A stretch of DNA of 64,000 nucleotides from assembly GCF_009914755.1 (NCBI RefSeq), contig NC_060937.1. One strand, given 5' to 3'. The notes beneath the pieces are model-generated. The model ran no database searches. It was not told the DNA's origin and saw only the letters and a program-made list of their open reading frames with translations. The position numbers and the translations under genes were made by a program. This DNA is from the human T2T-CHM13v2.0 reference genome, Homo sapiens. The first letter of the stretch is position 1; every line of letters begins with the position of its first letter. Of the stretch, positions 14,200-28,289 are shown in pieces.

Positions 14200-14840
14200 T
14201 ACAGCTGCGTAGCCCTGCACGATTCAGGCTGATCCTGGCTTTGCTCTGGTTATTTCAGCCTAGAACGCCCTTCCTACTCATCCTGCCCATCCTTTAAGAC
14301 CCAGTTGAGGTCCCATTTAGGAAGCTGATTATGGCCTGTCTCCACCTAATCAGCAGCGCACACACACACACACATACTCCAAGCTGGGTTAGGTACCCCT
14401 CCTCAAGGGTCCGCATACGGATGCTGGGGTCATAATGCTCTTACACCACTTTACATTATTTTGCAGTGATCTATCTTTGACACAGGGCCTGAAAGAATAC
14501 TACAGTCTAGGGCCAGCCTGGTATAGTGGTGAGTGTGGACTCTGGAGCTAGCAGTCTGGGTTCATGTCCCAGCTCTGCTGCTACCTAGTTTGTAAACTTG
14601 GGCAAGTTACTTAACCTCTCTGTGCCCAAATTTCATCAGCTGTAAAAGAAAAAAAAAGGTAATTTGAGATATCTACTTCATGACATTGTTGTGAAGATGA
14701 AATGAGTTGATACCTGCTGTATGTATGATATAAACGTTTGCTATCATTTTTTAATTATTCAAGTTTGTATTCCCAGTGACTAGTGGAGTGCTTGGCAGAC
14801 AGTAAATGTGCAATAAATAAAATACTCAATGATTGAATAT
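14200..14840 (+). mobile_element. L2 3' fragments with an inserted MIR (~14510-14750) and a short (CA)n
   Basis: GCCTAGAACGCCCTTCC...CATCCTTTAAGACCCAG (L2); GGACTCTGGAGC...TTGGGCAAGTTACTTAACCTCTCTGTGCC (MIR); GTGCTTGGCAGACAGTA...TGATTGAAT (L2 end). Confidence 0.75.
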
Positions 14841-17123
14841 ATTATTGTGCTTGTTTAGATTTTATCTGTTTGCCTTATTGGCCTCATGTAATAAACAAGG
14901 AATGGACTGAGAGAGGAAATAGGTCTTGGAAGAAGGGAACGCCGAGAGATGTTGCCTTGCCAAAGACCTCACAACTAATTCAAAGCGGGAGCAGTGCCTC
15001 AGCTGGAACCCTTTTCAGCTTGTCGTTTGTGCAGGATCAACACCCCTGATGTCCAGTCTGCCAAATGGGAGCATGGTGGATCATAAGGATGGACATCTAG
15101 TCATGAAAACTTTCCTCCTAAATTTCTTATTGCCAAAGACCAGTGACCATGCCCACTCATCCGAAGAGCAGCAGTTTATTCCACCCTATCACCCCAAGGA
15201 CTCTTCCACCTATTTTCATAACAATTTTATAGTGTCTGGCAGTCACTAGGATGCACTTGTCAACTCAACAATTATTTATTAAAATGCTGGGATTTTAAAA
15301 TCACAGACTGATGAAAACTGCTTTTTCAATGCATTTTTAATATTGCCAAAAAAATTCTTTTCACAAGGGCAATGACCAAAATAACCCAGACCTTATTAGT
15401 TTATTCACCTTAAATTTGTTTTTGTACTATGTATGAAAATGAGCACTCATATACTATGACAATGGCAGTAAACACTTTGCTTTGTTTTTACTGAAAGAGA
15501 AAAAAATCGACTTTAATTTGAATACTAAACCATCCAGAATATCTAGCTGAAAACATGTTTTTATTATTTGCATTCTTGGGTTTGGCTTGTTATGCTTTGG
15601 GCATATCTGCTGATATCACTTGCAATATTTTTTCATTTCATATATTAATATTTAATATTCTTTAAACATTGTTCAACCTTAATGGTTGTCTAATTTCTGT
15701 TTTTCATCCACAGAGAAGCTATTAATTTATGAGCGTATAGGGCAGTAAGTAATAATTTGCATGAATGCCTTGAACAGATATGCTTCCATAGGCCGCCCAT
15801 AGCATAGACTCGGAAAGGGATGATACCATCTATTGGCCAAGCTCCAATGAACACTGCTTTACAAGAAGCAGAAAAAAAAAGTTTTTTAATCCATAAAGAA
15901 GTCTACTAAATGAAAAATCAACAGAGATGACAGGAACCGGTTTGTTTCTGCTCCTTTTTTCTTTTGTGTGTGCTCTGCAATTCCCTTTTGGGAGAGATTT
16001 GTGAAAGAGCAAAGCAAGTAGCTGAAGTGCTTTGAAGAACTGGAGAAGAGCCCATCCCTATCTGTGTCCAGAACTTCACTCTTTTCCTCCAGTAACTCTG
16101 TCGACAGAGATCCATGCTCACATGTTGCCAGCTGAGCTAAGCCAAAATAAGGCCAGATGGGATAAAAAAAAATTAATCAATGAATCAGTCTAACCAGTGG
16201 CTTAGCAGTATCTAGGCAGCTGAAATCTGCTGTTCTCCATCTCACTGGCATTGATATTTCTCATTGTATGAATCTGACAAATGGCTTCCGGCAGCACAAT
16301 ATCACCTATGTTCCATCTTAATCTTGGAGTTGGAGGTGTAACTGCACATTCAGAGGTGAGAGGATACTTTATATGTGAAAAGACATTAGGTTGATTGCCC
16401 TCAAAACAATCTCAATACTTCCCTCCTCCATAAAGGTGTGGAATTCGTTCCCCTTGGGCCAGGAAGTCAACGATGAAGGCAATCACCGTTCCCACAAATT
16501 CTGTCCCCAATTTCTTACCCTCCCTAGTCCTTCTGTCAGTCTCCTAGAATTATCTTCTCTAAAATCTGGGATTTACAGTCACCTCAGGACAGATGTCACT
16601 CGGCACACCAGGTAGACAATTAAGATAGTTACCCAGACAATTTAGAAAGGACAAAATAATTTTTCCTTAATTATCTGTATGTTACAGTTAGTCCTTTCTT
16701 TTCAAATAGCTATGTGATTGCTATAATTCTCTTTTTAAAATTGTTTTCCTATCTTGAACAAGCCTTATGGGTATAGTAGAAGTTTAATAAGATTTAGATA
16801 GAATTAGTGCCCACACTAATAAAATCTAATCTTATAATCCAGTATTTCGGCATTCAGAAAACATACCCACCAGAAGGAATGATTTTGCTAACTTTCCAGG
16901 CAGTTAGATGACTTGTTTTGATGGAGTGAAACCTAAGACCCTAAAAGTATTAAATGAGGCTCTTAAAATGTCTTCCATACATTTTCTCATTCTTGTGCTG
17001 AATTTATATCAAGGCAGCAGACTTTCTACATGTGTTTCTTCTTATTAAAATACCAAAATGAAATTAGTAGTGTTTAAATTATGAGTGTACATTTTTAAAG
17101 CTTCATTATTTTGGATAGAGGGG

Positions 17124-17471
17124 TGTATTAGTTTGTTTTCACACTACTGATAAAGACATACCCGAAACTGGGAACAAAAAAAGGTTTAATTGGACTTACA
17201 GTTCCACACAGGAGGCCTCAGAAACATGGTGGGAGGCAAAAGGCTCTTCTTACACGGGGGCGGCAAGAGAAAATGAGGAACAAGCAAAAGTGGAAACCCT
17301 TGATAAACCCATCAGATCTTGTGAGACTTATCAACTATCACGAGAATACCACCGGAAAGACCAGCCCCCATGATTCAATTACCTCCCCATGGGTTCCTCC
17401 ACAACACATGGGAATTCTGGGAGATAAAATTCAAGTTGAGATTTGGATGGGAACACAACCAAACCATATCA
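17124..17471 (-). mobile_element. THE1 solo LTR (THE1C-like)
   Basis: TGTATTAGTTTGTTTTCACACT...AACCAAACCATATCA; perfect 5-bp TSD AGGGG (17119-17123, 17472-17476). Confidence 0.95.
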
Positions 17472-17769
17472 AGGGGGTGGTTGGTTTGTTATTTTGGGCT
17501 AAACTTTTTATGAACCAAGAAAGCATATTTGGGTATACATTTATCCATGAGTGAATTGTACAGAGCTAAACATACAATCAACTGGGGCATTCCTTTTTTT
17601 TTCTCATGGAATTTTACAGTATCTTCAAAGATTTATTTGGACAAATACACAATTCTTCCTCTAAACAAATGTCCCTTATCAGTGATCTAGCTCAAATCAC
17701 ATGTGTATAGAAATATATTAGGTATGTAACATGAATAAAGCACAGTCTGGTTGAAATAAAAGTCTTCTT

Positions 17770-19220
17770 TCCTTAACTTTTAGTTTCAGGTGTATATGTG
17801 CAGTTTGGTTCTGTAGATGAATTGTGTGTCATGGGGGCTTGGTGTACATATTATTTCATCACCCAGATAGTAAGCATAGTACTCAATGGGTGGCTTTTAG
17901 ATCCTCATACTTCCCCCACCCGCCACCCTCAAGTAGGCCCTGGTGTCGGTTGTTCCCTTCTTTGTGTCCATGTGTGCTCAATGTTTAGCTCCCACTTATG
18001 AGTGAGAACATGCAGTGTTTGGTTTTCTGTTTCTGCATCAGTTCACTTAGGATAATGGTCTCCAGCTCCATCCATTTTGCTGCAAAGAACATGATCTCTT
18101 TCTTTGCTATGGCTGCCTAGTATTCTATGGTGTATATGTATCACATTTTCTTTATCCAGTCTATGTTGATGGGCATTTAGGTTGATTCCATATCTTTGCT
18201 ATTGTGAATAGTGCTGCAATGAACATATGCATGTATATGTCTTTTTGGTAGAATGATTTATATTCCTTGGGTATACACCCAATAATGTGATTACTGAGTT
18301 GAATGGTAGTTCTGTTTTAAGTTTTAAAGCTACACTACATTCCACAGTGGCTGAACTAATTTACAATCCCACCAGCAGTGTATAAGCCTTCCCTTTTCTC
18401 TGCAGCCTTACCAGCATCTGTTATTTTTTGACTTTTTAGTAATAGCCACTGAGACTGGTGTGAGATGGTATCTTATTGTGGTTTTGATTTGCATTTCTCT
18501 GATGATTAGAGATGTGGACCCCATTTCTTCTTTTTCTTTTTCTTTTTTTTTTTTTTGATACAGCATTCTACTCCATTGCCCAGGCTGGAGTGCAGTGGCA
18601 CAATCACGACTCACTGCAGCCTCAACTTCCCAGGCCAGGTGATTCTCCCACTTCAGCCTCTCAAGTAGCTGAGACCACAGGCACGCACCGCCATACCTGG
18701 CTAATTCTTTGTAGAGATGGGTTTTCACCATGTTGTCCATGTTGGTCTCAAGCAATCCACCCACCTCGGCCTCTCAAAGTACTGGGATTGTAACTGTGAG
18801 CTACCATGCCCAACCAAGCATGTTTTCATATGTTTGTTGGCCACATGTATGTGTTCTTTGGAAAAGTGTTTGTTCATCTCCTTCGCCAGCTTTTTACTGG
18901 GGTTGCTTGTTTTTTGCTTGTTAATTTGTTAAAGTTCTTTATAGATTCTGGATATGAGACCTTTGTCAGATGTATAATTTGCAAATATTTTCTCTCATTC
19001 TATGGGCTGTCTGTTGATTCTGTTGATAGTTTCTTTTGCTATGCAGAAGCTCTTTAGTTTAATTAGGTACCACTTGTCAATTTTTGTTTTTGTTGCAGTT
19101 GCTTTTGGCATCTTAATCATAAAGTCTTTGCCAAGACCTCTGTCTAGAATGGTATTCCCTAGGTTTTCTTTAAAGGTTTTTATAGTTTTCGGTTTTACAT
19201 TTAAGTTTTTAATCCATCTT
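17770..19220 (-). mobile_element. 5'-truncated L1PA13-16-like element, interrupted by an Alu
   Basis: Antisense 3'UTR and ORF2 end; minus ORF 18408-18764 ends [29 protein letters not shown]. Confidence 0.95.
18524..18815 (-). mobile_element. AluJ-like
   Basis: Poly(T) followed by a diverged antisense dimer, inside the L1. Confidence 0.92.
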
Positions 19221-19428
19221 TCTAATCAGGACCTTTTGCAATTCCAGAATCCTCAATGGCAGCCTCCTTCTTACAAGAAGGTTAAGAAATGACAAGTTGG
19301 GTAGGGAAGAAAATAGTGAAAAAGTGACTTCATACAATGTTTTCAAACCTTACAAAATCGATTTTTGTAACAAACCCATTTTCAAATGGGAGAAAATAAC
19401 CTGTGAAGATCATTCTAATAACATTCTT

Positions 19429-19871
<443 letters not shown>

Positions 19872-20674
19872 TCACTAAATTGCACTTGCTGAAAATAAAA
19901 GCCATCTAATTCATTTATTTTAAAAATAAAACCATTTTTGGAATAAAGTTAACTATTTTCAGGTATAAACTGTGTTTTAATATATAGAATTCGCTAAATA
20001 TTGCCTCAAAGGCACCAAATGTTAGCGATAGATATGTATGCCTGTTTTGGAAGCCAGAGTGAATGAAACCATTTGTTCTTTTAAATATTTTAAATACTTG
20101 CTATCAAATAACAGTTACCCTATTATTTTGCATAATCTCCATTAAATGGATTTGTTCAGCAGAGAGAAATTTAAAGCTAAATTACACAACATTCTAATTT
20201 AGTGATTTTTAAATACGTTTTTTAACAATCAGTCTTTCAGCCACCATCGAAAGGAAATGACACATTTCAGGAAATGTCTACATATAGCCAGGTGGCTCTG
20301 AATTTTATAGACTGGGATTGAGATGTGCTGAATAGAAAATAAAGCAGGAGAGTCAATGTTCAATTCTGCTCTACTAACATTTATCGATTCCTTCCTTCTT
20401 AGTGCCAAGCCCTCCATGAGATCCTGGAGCTAAGAAGATGACAGGAGCACAGTTACTGGATTTATTCAGATACTCAACTACAGTTCTCACGCTCTTTCTA
20501 TATTTTCTACTTGCAGAGGGGTTTTTTCCGCCTCTGATTACTCTATCCCACCTGGTTATGCAATCACTTCCACCCACTAACTGTCCAAATTCACAGGAGA
20601 ATTTTCAGACATCACCCCACATACCTTTCCTGGTCTCCTAAATATATAGAAAGTGCATTCTGCAACACGATATC

Positions 20675-21150
20675 ACATAGATCAGTTGCCTATTGCCACG
20701 ATAAGGCTACAGGACAATCACAAAACTACAATAGATTATAGCAACCCACATTCAGCTTATGAGTCAATGAGGTTAAACTGATCTGGCTACAACAGCAAAG
20801 GCTAGGCTTCAAGTTGGTAGACAGATTTGCTGGTTTCGGCTCGGCTTGTTCACAAGTCTGGGGGACCAGTTGGCTGTCACTGGCTGATCTAGGACAGCCC
20901 AGCTCATTATCCAGCAGGCTAGCCCAGGCATGTCCTTCTCAGGAAGGTGACAGAGAGCAAGAGTGAGCCAACCCAATGATGCAAGTGCTTTTCAAGCTTC
21001 TACTCCTATCATGTCAGCTCAATATCCTGTTGACCAAAGTAGGTTGCATGGCTAACGCCAGTGTTAGAATGGAAGGGTATAAAAATGACATGGCCACCGA
21101 TATGAAGTGGGGACAGGTAAAGGACTGGGGCCATTTTTGCAAACTATAAC
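20675..21150 (-). mobile_element. Old MLT1 (I/J-like) LTR
   Basis: CCAGCAGGCTAGCCCAGGCATG...TGCAAGTGCTTTTCAAGC...TTGACCAAAG...GGGGCCATTTTTGCAA. Confidence 0.7.
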
Positions 21151-21619
21151 ATGTGTAGGTAGGAATATACCTAAACCAATGTACAAGAGTCATACTGTGC
21201 AACACTTTCCAAACATTACCCTGCACTGTGGAAGACTTTACCAATGTGATAAACTCCATCTGCTGAACTTAGCCCTGCTCAGTCCTTTCACAATACCTCT
21301 TGAGTTCAGGAGGCACTCAAGGAAGGACAGGGGCCTCTTGAAATCCAACGTGGGTCCCAGGATGACAATTACTACAGGACTTGACATAGAGAGCAGCAGA
21401 AAATTTGTCACTTCTCCTCAGCTGTTAGAAGTAGATCAAAGGTAAATATAAACACCTCCAATCACCAATTAAGTTAAAAGAAAGAGGCCAACACTAAATC
21501 TACCAGCAGAAAAATACTGCACTTCCTCTCTCAGCTACTGAAGCATGCCCAGTAAATGTAACCAATACCCCAGCCCCAGCCCTTTATGGAAACAACTGCA
21601 CTGAACTCCCATCCTCTGA

Positions 21620-21940
21620 GGCCGGGTGCAGTGGCTCATGCCAGTAATCCCAGCACTTTGAGATGCCAAGGCGGGAGGATTGCTTGAGCTCGTGAATTTG
21701 AGATCAGCCTCAGCCACACAGCAAAACCCTGTCTCTACAAAAAAATACAAAACCTAGCTGGGCATGGTGGTGCCTGCCTGTAGTCGCAGCTACTTGGGAA
21801 GCTGAGATGGGAAGCTGAGGTGGGAGGATGGCTTGAGCCCCGGAGGCAGAGGTTGCAGTTGGCTGAGATTGCTGCACTGCACTCCAACCTGAGGCAACTG
21901 AGCCAGACCTTGAAAAAAAAAAAAAAAAAAAAAAAAAAAA
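21620..21940 (+). mobile_element. AluJ-like
   Basis: Dimer with a ~28-nt poly(A); TSD CTCCCATCCTCTG on both sides; internal GGGAAGCTGAG duplication. Confidence 0.96.
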
Positions 21941-22006
21941 CAACCTCCCATCCTCTGGATAAAGTAAACCTAGAGCAACTAAAACTGTACTAAAGTAATC
22001 TAATTA

Positions 22007-22299
22007 TTTTTTTTTTTTTGAGATGAGGTCTGGCTCTATCACCCAAGCTCGATCACAGTGAAGCAATCTCAGCTCATTACAACCTCTGCCTTTTAGGGCT
22101 CAAGTGATCCTCCAACCTCAGCCTCCCCAGTAGCTGGGACTACAGGTGCATGTCACCATGCCCAGCTAATTTTTTTTTTTAATAGATGGGGTTTTGCTGT
22201 GTTGCCTAGGCTGGTCTTGAACTCGTGAACTCAAGTGATCCTCCTGCCTTGGCCTCCCAAAATGCTGGGATTACAGGCATCAGCCACTGTGCCCAGGCT
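22007..22299 (-). mobile_element. AluJ-like
   Basis: Antisense dimer; ACTAAAGTAATC at 21989-22000 and 22302-22313 (TSD). Confidence 0.96.
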
Positions 22300-22419
22300 A
22301 GACTAAAGTAATCCAGACTAATTATCTGTATGTGTGAATGTGGTGGTGTTGAGAGAATACAGGCATCAAGGGCCTATGTGGCCCTTAAAGACAGGAATTG
22401 ATTGTGCTTGCTTGCTTGC

Positions 22420-23360
22420 TTTTTTATTGTGGTAAAGAATACATAACATGAGCTCTAGGCTTTACCAAAATTTTCAGTGTAGAGTGCAGTACAATATTGT
22501 TAACTATGAGCTCATAATTGTACAGCAGCTCTCTAGAAGTTTTCCAGCTTGCATAACTAAAACCCTATACCTGATGAACAGCAATTCTTCCATTTCCCCT
22601 AGCTTTAGGCTCTGGCAACCACCATTCTACTTTCTGCCTTTATGAGTTTAACTATTTAAGACACCTCATGTAAGTAGAATTATGTAGTATTTGCTTCTCT
22701 GTGTCTGGCTGATTTCACTTAGCATAATGCCCTCGATTTCCATCCATGTTGCAGCATGTGACAGGATTCCCTTCTTTCATGGCTGAATAGTATTCCATTG
22801 TGTATAGGTATCAGATTTTCTTTATGCATTCATCCATTGATGGGCATTTAGGTTGTTTCCACCTCTTGTCTATTTTGAATAATGCTGAAATGAACATGGG
22901 AATGCAGATAACTTCTTGAGCTTCTGATTTCAATTTTTTTTGGATACAAAAATGGGATCATTGGCTGAGGCAGAAGAATTGCTTGAACTCGGCAGGTGGA
23001 GATTGCAGTGAGCTGAGACCGTACCATTGCACTTCAGCCTGAGCGACAAGAGCGAAACTGTCTAAAAAAATAAAAAATTTGAAAAAAAGGGATTGTTGAC
23101 TCCTATGGTAGTTCCATTTTTAATTTTTGTGGAAACTCCATACCATTTTCCATAATGGCTGTACTAATTTACATTCCCACCAACAGTGTACAAGTATACC
23201 AGCTTCCCCATATCCTCACCCACACTTGTTATTTTCTGTTTGTTTTTTGTTTTCAATCTTTTTATAGTGGCCATCCTAACAAGTACGAAGAGATCACTCA
23301 CTGTGGTTTTGATTTGCATTTCTCTGATGGTTAATGATGTTGAGCATCTTTTCATAGACT
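22420..23360 (-). mobile_element. L1MB-like 3' end, interrupted by a half Alu
   Basis: Minus ORF 23164-23355 [16 protein letters not shown]; antisense L1M 3'UTR. Confidence 0.9.
22963..23088 (+). mobile_element. 5'-truncated Alu (right arm only)
   Basis: GGCTGAGGCAGAAGAATTGCTTGAAC...A tail; TSD-like AAAAATGGGAT / AAAAAGGGAT. Confidence 0.9.
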
Positions 23361-23832
23361 ATGTTTTCTTACCCATATAATGGGTAGGTACTACATTAAT
23401 TTTACATGACTGAAAAAAGAGTAGGGTCTCATTATATGTTCCCAGGGGAGCCAAATCCAAAAATAATTTCACTTTTTAATACTGGTTAAACAACAACACA
23501 ACAAAGCTGCACATGCTGCTTAACAGAGAACTTCAAAAACTCCTATTCATTCTCCGAGAATAGAGAACCTATGTCCAAGGAATTTTCTATTCACTATCAG
23601 CAAAATTAATCTTCAGCATTTAATCTCTCATCACTCCTCAAAGACATGAACAGGGCTATCATGAGCATTTTCCCATGATTGTAATAAGGAAAGGAAGGGA
23701 AACAAAGGAAATTCACACTATGGGAGACACGGTCATTCCACACTTAGACTTTGATTTGTGCAAATGGGTTGTGGTTGTTGAATCTGAAGGATACTTTGGC
23801 ATGTGAATATATGCTTCACGCTAGCCCTCCAC

Positions 23833-24006
23833 TCCAGACAGGCTACATAATTTGCTGGGCCCAGGGAAACATGAAAATGCAGGGCCTCTTATTCCAAAAT
23901 GAAGAATTTCTAGACAGCAGCACAGAACATTAAAACAAGTGCTGAGGCTTCTAAGTAAGAGGATCCTGTGTGACTGCATAGCTCATGCGCCCAGGAAGCC
24001 AACCCA
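23833..24006. mobile_element. MER45A-like (hAT-Tip100)
   Basis: GGCTACATAATTTGCTGGGCCCAG...ATGAAAATGCAGGGCC...GTGACTGCA...GAAGCC. Confidence 0.8.
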
Positions 24007-27000
24007 ACCTACACTTTCTCCCACATGGTAAAATGAAAACTTCTTTTCCCATGCTGGACACCTGTCAAATGTCAGAAAAAAATACCCATAAGCAGCTCTG
24101 TGTTCCCAAATAACTGGCAGGGATGACAGTTAAGGCCCTTAAAATCTAATGGGAAAAGAGTCCACACATTGCACCTGTTGAAATCAGTTTTCTTTCTAGA
24201 GAATTCCAAAGGTTCACTTGGTTTCAAAACCCAGACATTCACTTAGAGGCTAGAATTTTGCAGTCAGCCACAGCCAGGATACAGAGCAGTTAATTCTGGC
24301 TTGTCATAATTAATTTATGGGCAATCATTACCAGGAAAGAAAAGTCACTGAGAATTACACAAGCACACAGTATCCCCAGTCAATATGAACACAGAGTTCA
24401 GGAGAGACTTTGGGGAGACCCAAATCAAGCCTGGCTTTACCACACTCTGTACAACTTATTAACCTTAAGCAATGAAATGTTTATGAGAATCAGAAAGGAA
24501 TCTCAATGAACAATGAGACATCTTTTCTAAGTGCTTGCAAGTAGCAATGACCCTTAGAATCTCACAATAGGAAAATGGATATTTTGAGAAACCTACGTTT
24601 TTTGTGCTCACCACTTAAGTAATCAGAGGAAGTTTCCTTTACTTTGTGGTGATTTATAAAGTGAGCGGTTGGCCTTTTCATCCATTATTGTTTTCACAAG
24701 ATTTATTTCCTCTAAAGACGCTTTTATTTATTTTTTAAAATCATAACCAGCAGCACAGTCAGATCCTGAGTAATTTATTCTTGATTCTGCAAATTACATT
24801 AATGACATAATTAATAATTTTAATAAAAAACTATGGCTGTCAGATGGGCACGTCATCTAATCAATAGGAACAAATCATTTTCTCTTATGTTTAATGATTC
24901 CCTCGAGAAGTGAATCTAAGAAAAGAGAAAAGTCAGTTAATGAGGAGGTTGCAGATACTGTCTCTTTTATCAGCAGAATTGAAAATGAAGGTTTTCTTTA
25001 TTGTGTAAATTTCAACCATTGGAAATCAATTTTTGTACGTGGAAGGAGGCGATACGTGGGGTGGACTTCAATACCTGATTTTTATGTTGTGAAATCCCAG
25101 CAGAACCTAAAATTATAGTCCACCACAGCTTTTAGTGATTGTCCAAATACTCTGGAAATCAAGATTAACTCACTTTCAGAAAAAAATCTGATTCTTTAAA
25201 CCATGAAATATATAATTGGGAGCTAAAGGAGTGTGAGATACCACTGAAGTTCCACCCTAATGTGTCATCCATCAGTCGGGTCCTTGGAAAGACTGGAGGT
25301 ACCCGGCCAGATAACATGGCTGGTGGTGGGGGTAAAGATGTGATGTTTGTAGACTCAGAGCTGCTGGGTTATCTTAGAGCCTTGTCTCTGGTTTGAACTG
25401 GGCTGCCAAAGCTGTGGAGGGTTTCTTGGAATTTGAGCTACCCAAGAAGAACATAAAATCACTCGTTAACTCAGCTTGCTCCTTTTAGACAAAACCAGGG
25501 TATAAATGCCGTCATGCTCCCTGCACGCTTGCCATCAGCTTAGGGGGAGTCAAAAGAACCATGTGGCAACAAAACAGCAGCAATGTTAACTCATGAAAGA
25601 CACGGCCTTCCTTCATAACTTCCTCTTGTCTTTACGCCCAATTTCATCTTATGCAATGATTTGATTTGGTGTGGGAATCACTCCCTAACTTCTATCTTGA
25701 TGTTTTTCCATCTGCAATGTCATTTAATTTTGCCATTCTTTCAACACTCCTATTGCCCTGAGACAAGGATTTCATTGGCTCTGTGCTTGTCTCTCTCTGT
25801 CCCCACCCTTCTTATAAGCCAAAGCACATACCACATCCAGATTCATCATCCTAAAACACAGCCACCACCTGCCCTTCCCTTGCAAACACCCATGGTCAGC
25901 TGTCTACTTCTCTGCATCTCCACCGCCTTTTTCCTTGCGGGGCACAGGTTGAGGGTCGGGACCTTAGTTTTGCATTTTCAGAAATTCAGTTGTATCAGCT
26001 TACCCAGCTTGTATTCACACTAACCAAAAGCATGAAAGGCTGAGTTGTAAGCCAGAATAAGTTTTCTCTCTCTCTCTCTTTTTTTAAACAGCAAACAGAC
26101 CTATGAAACCATCATGCAGATCCATTGTAGTATCTTAGGGCAATTTCTTTCTCAAAAAAATTTTTTTACAATTAAATGGATCTAACATTTAGTACAAGCC
26201 TTATGTTTATTTCATTATGGAACATATATTTGAAATATCCTCTTAGATATGTGTGTACCCATCTTTTTTTCACTTAGTACATTTTATTATATTGTGTAAT
26301 AAACTTTGATTATGAACAATTGAGAACTACTGAAGATGACCCAGAGAGATCATGATTCATTCCCTCAGCTCCAAATGTATAATAATGACAGATAAAACAT
26401 AGAAGAAAAAAAAAAACAGAAACATAGCCTGGTTTCAAATGCAAGGTAAGTGCTTCATTGTATCAGAAACAGGACAGAAAATAAAATTGTGAGTAGGGCT
26501 AAAATATAGGTCTATTGAGCTCTGAGTCCAGAGGTAGGAAGCAGTAAACAGAAATATGTCCCTTTCAGAGTGAAAGGGATTCACAGTGCTTGTGTGCAAG
26601 GGGCACTGTAACAGGCTCATGCCTTGAATCCAGGACTGGGGTTAGGCCCTCTGTCTCCCCCAGGGAAGGAGGCTGAAGAAAGCTGTGGCAGGATCGCAGG
26701 TTGCTGCTGTGGCATTATAGAAAGCTGCAGACCACTTTCATGGCAGTCTTATGAGTTTGGTAGAACAGATCTCCCTCTGTTTTGCTAGAGAGAAGCTGCT
26801 AGAGCCGTAACATGTAGGTACACTTAAATGGCAACTTCGATAAGTTACTGAAGGTTGGGTGTCCAGAATAAGTTTTCAACGAGAAATGTTACCACTAGAT
26901 AGCTAGAATCTCTCTCCAGCTGCTCAGTGTTTTCTTTAGAAAGAAACCAAAGAACATTTGGTAGCAGGATAATTAATTAGAGCATAGCAGATGGAATGAT

Positions 27001-27140
27001 CTTACTGACCAGTATATTCATGTGATGATACCCAGTATCAGTCAGAAGATATTGACTACATGTCTACCAACAGTTAAGCTACTGCTCCAGACCCTTGGGT
27101 TTCATCAGTAAACAAAAATGACAAAAAGAAATTCCTTCTG

Positions 27141-27781
<641 letters not shown>

Positions 27782-27857
27782 TTATGGAGTTTATATTCTA
27801 TGCAGAGAGAAAGACAATAACAACAGTAACTCTGATAAAACATTAAATTATATAATA

Positions 27858-28280
27858 TGTGGCATGAGTTGAACTGTGTCCTCCAGACCAGAAAGATATG
27901 TTGAAGTCCTAACCCCCTGTACCTTAGAACGTGAGCTTATTTAGAAATGGGGTCTTTGCAGATATAAGTAGTTAAGTTAGAATGTGATCACACAGGAGTA
28001 TGATCAATATGAGGGGTACAGCAGCAGGAGAAGGCCATGGGATGACAGAGGCGGAGAGCAGAGCAAGGCAGCTGCAAGCCAAGGAAAGGCCAGGATTGGT
28101 GGCCACCACCAAAAGCGAGGAAGAGGCAAAGAAAGATTCCACCCAGAGTCTCAGAGTGAGCATGGCCCTTCTGGCACCTTGACTTTGGGCTTTTACCCTC
28201 CAAAATCATGAATTAATTTCCGTTGTTTAAAGCCGCCTCTTTCTGATACTTTGTCCTGTCAACCCCAGGAAACTAATAGA
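27858..28280 (+). mobile_element. MLT1B/C-like LTR inserted in L2
   Basis: GTTGAACTGTGTCC...AAAGATATGTTGAAGTCCTAACCCC...TTGTTTAAAGCC...AGGAAACTAATA. Confidence 0.88.
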
Positions 28281-28289
28281 TACCTTAGA

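Noticed and set aside
24845-24855. 11-mer TGGGCACGTCA also present at 59931-59941
   Set aside because: Hundreds of shared 11-mers are expected by chance in 64 kb.
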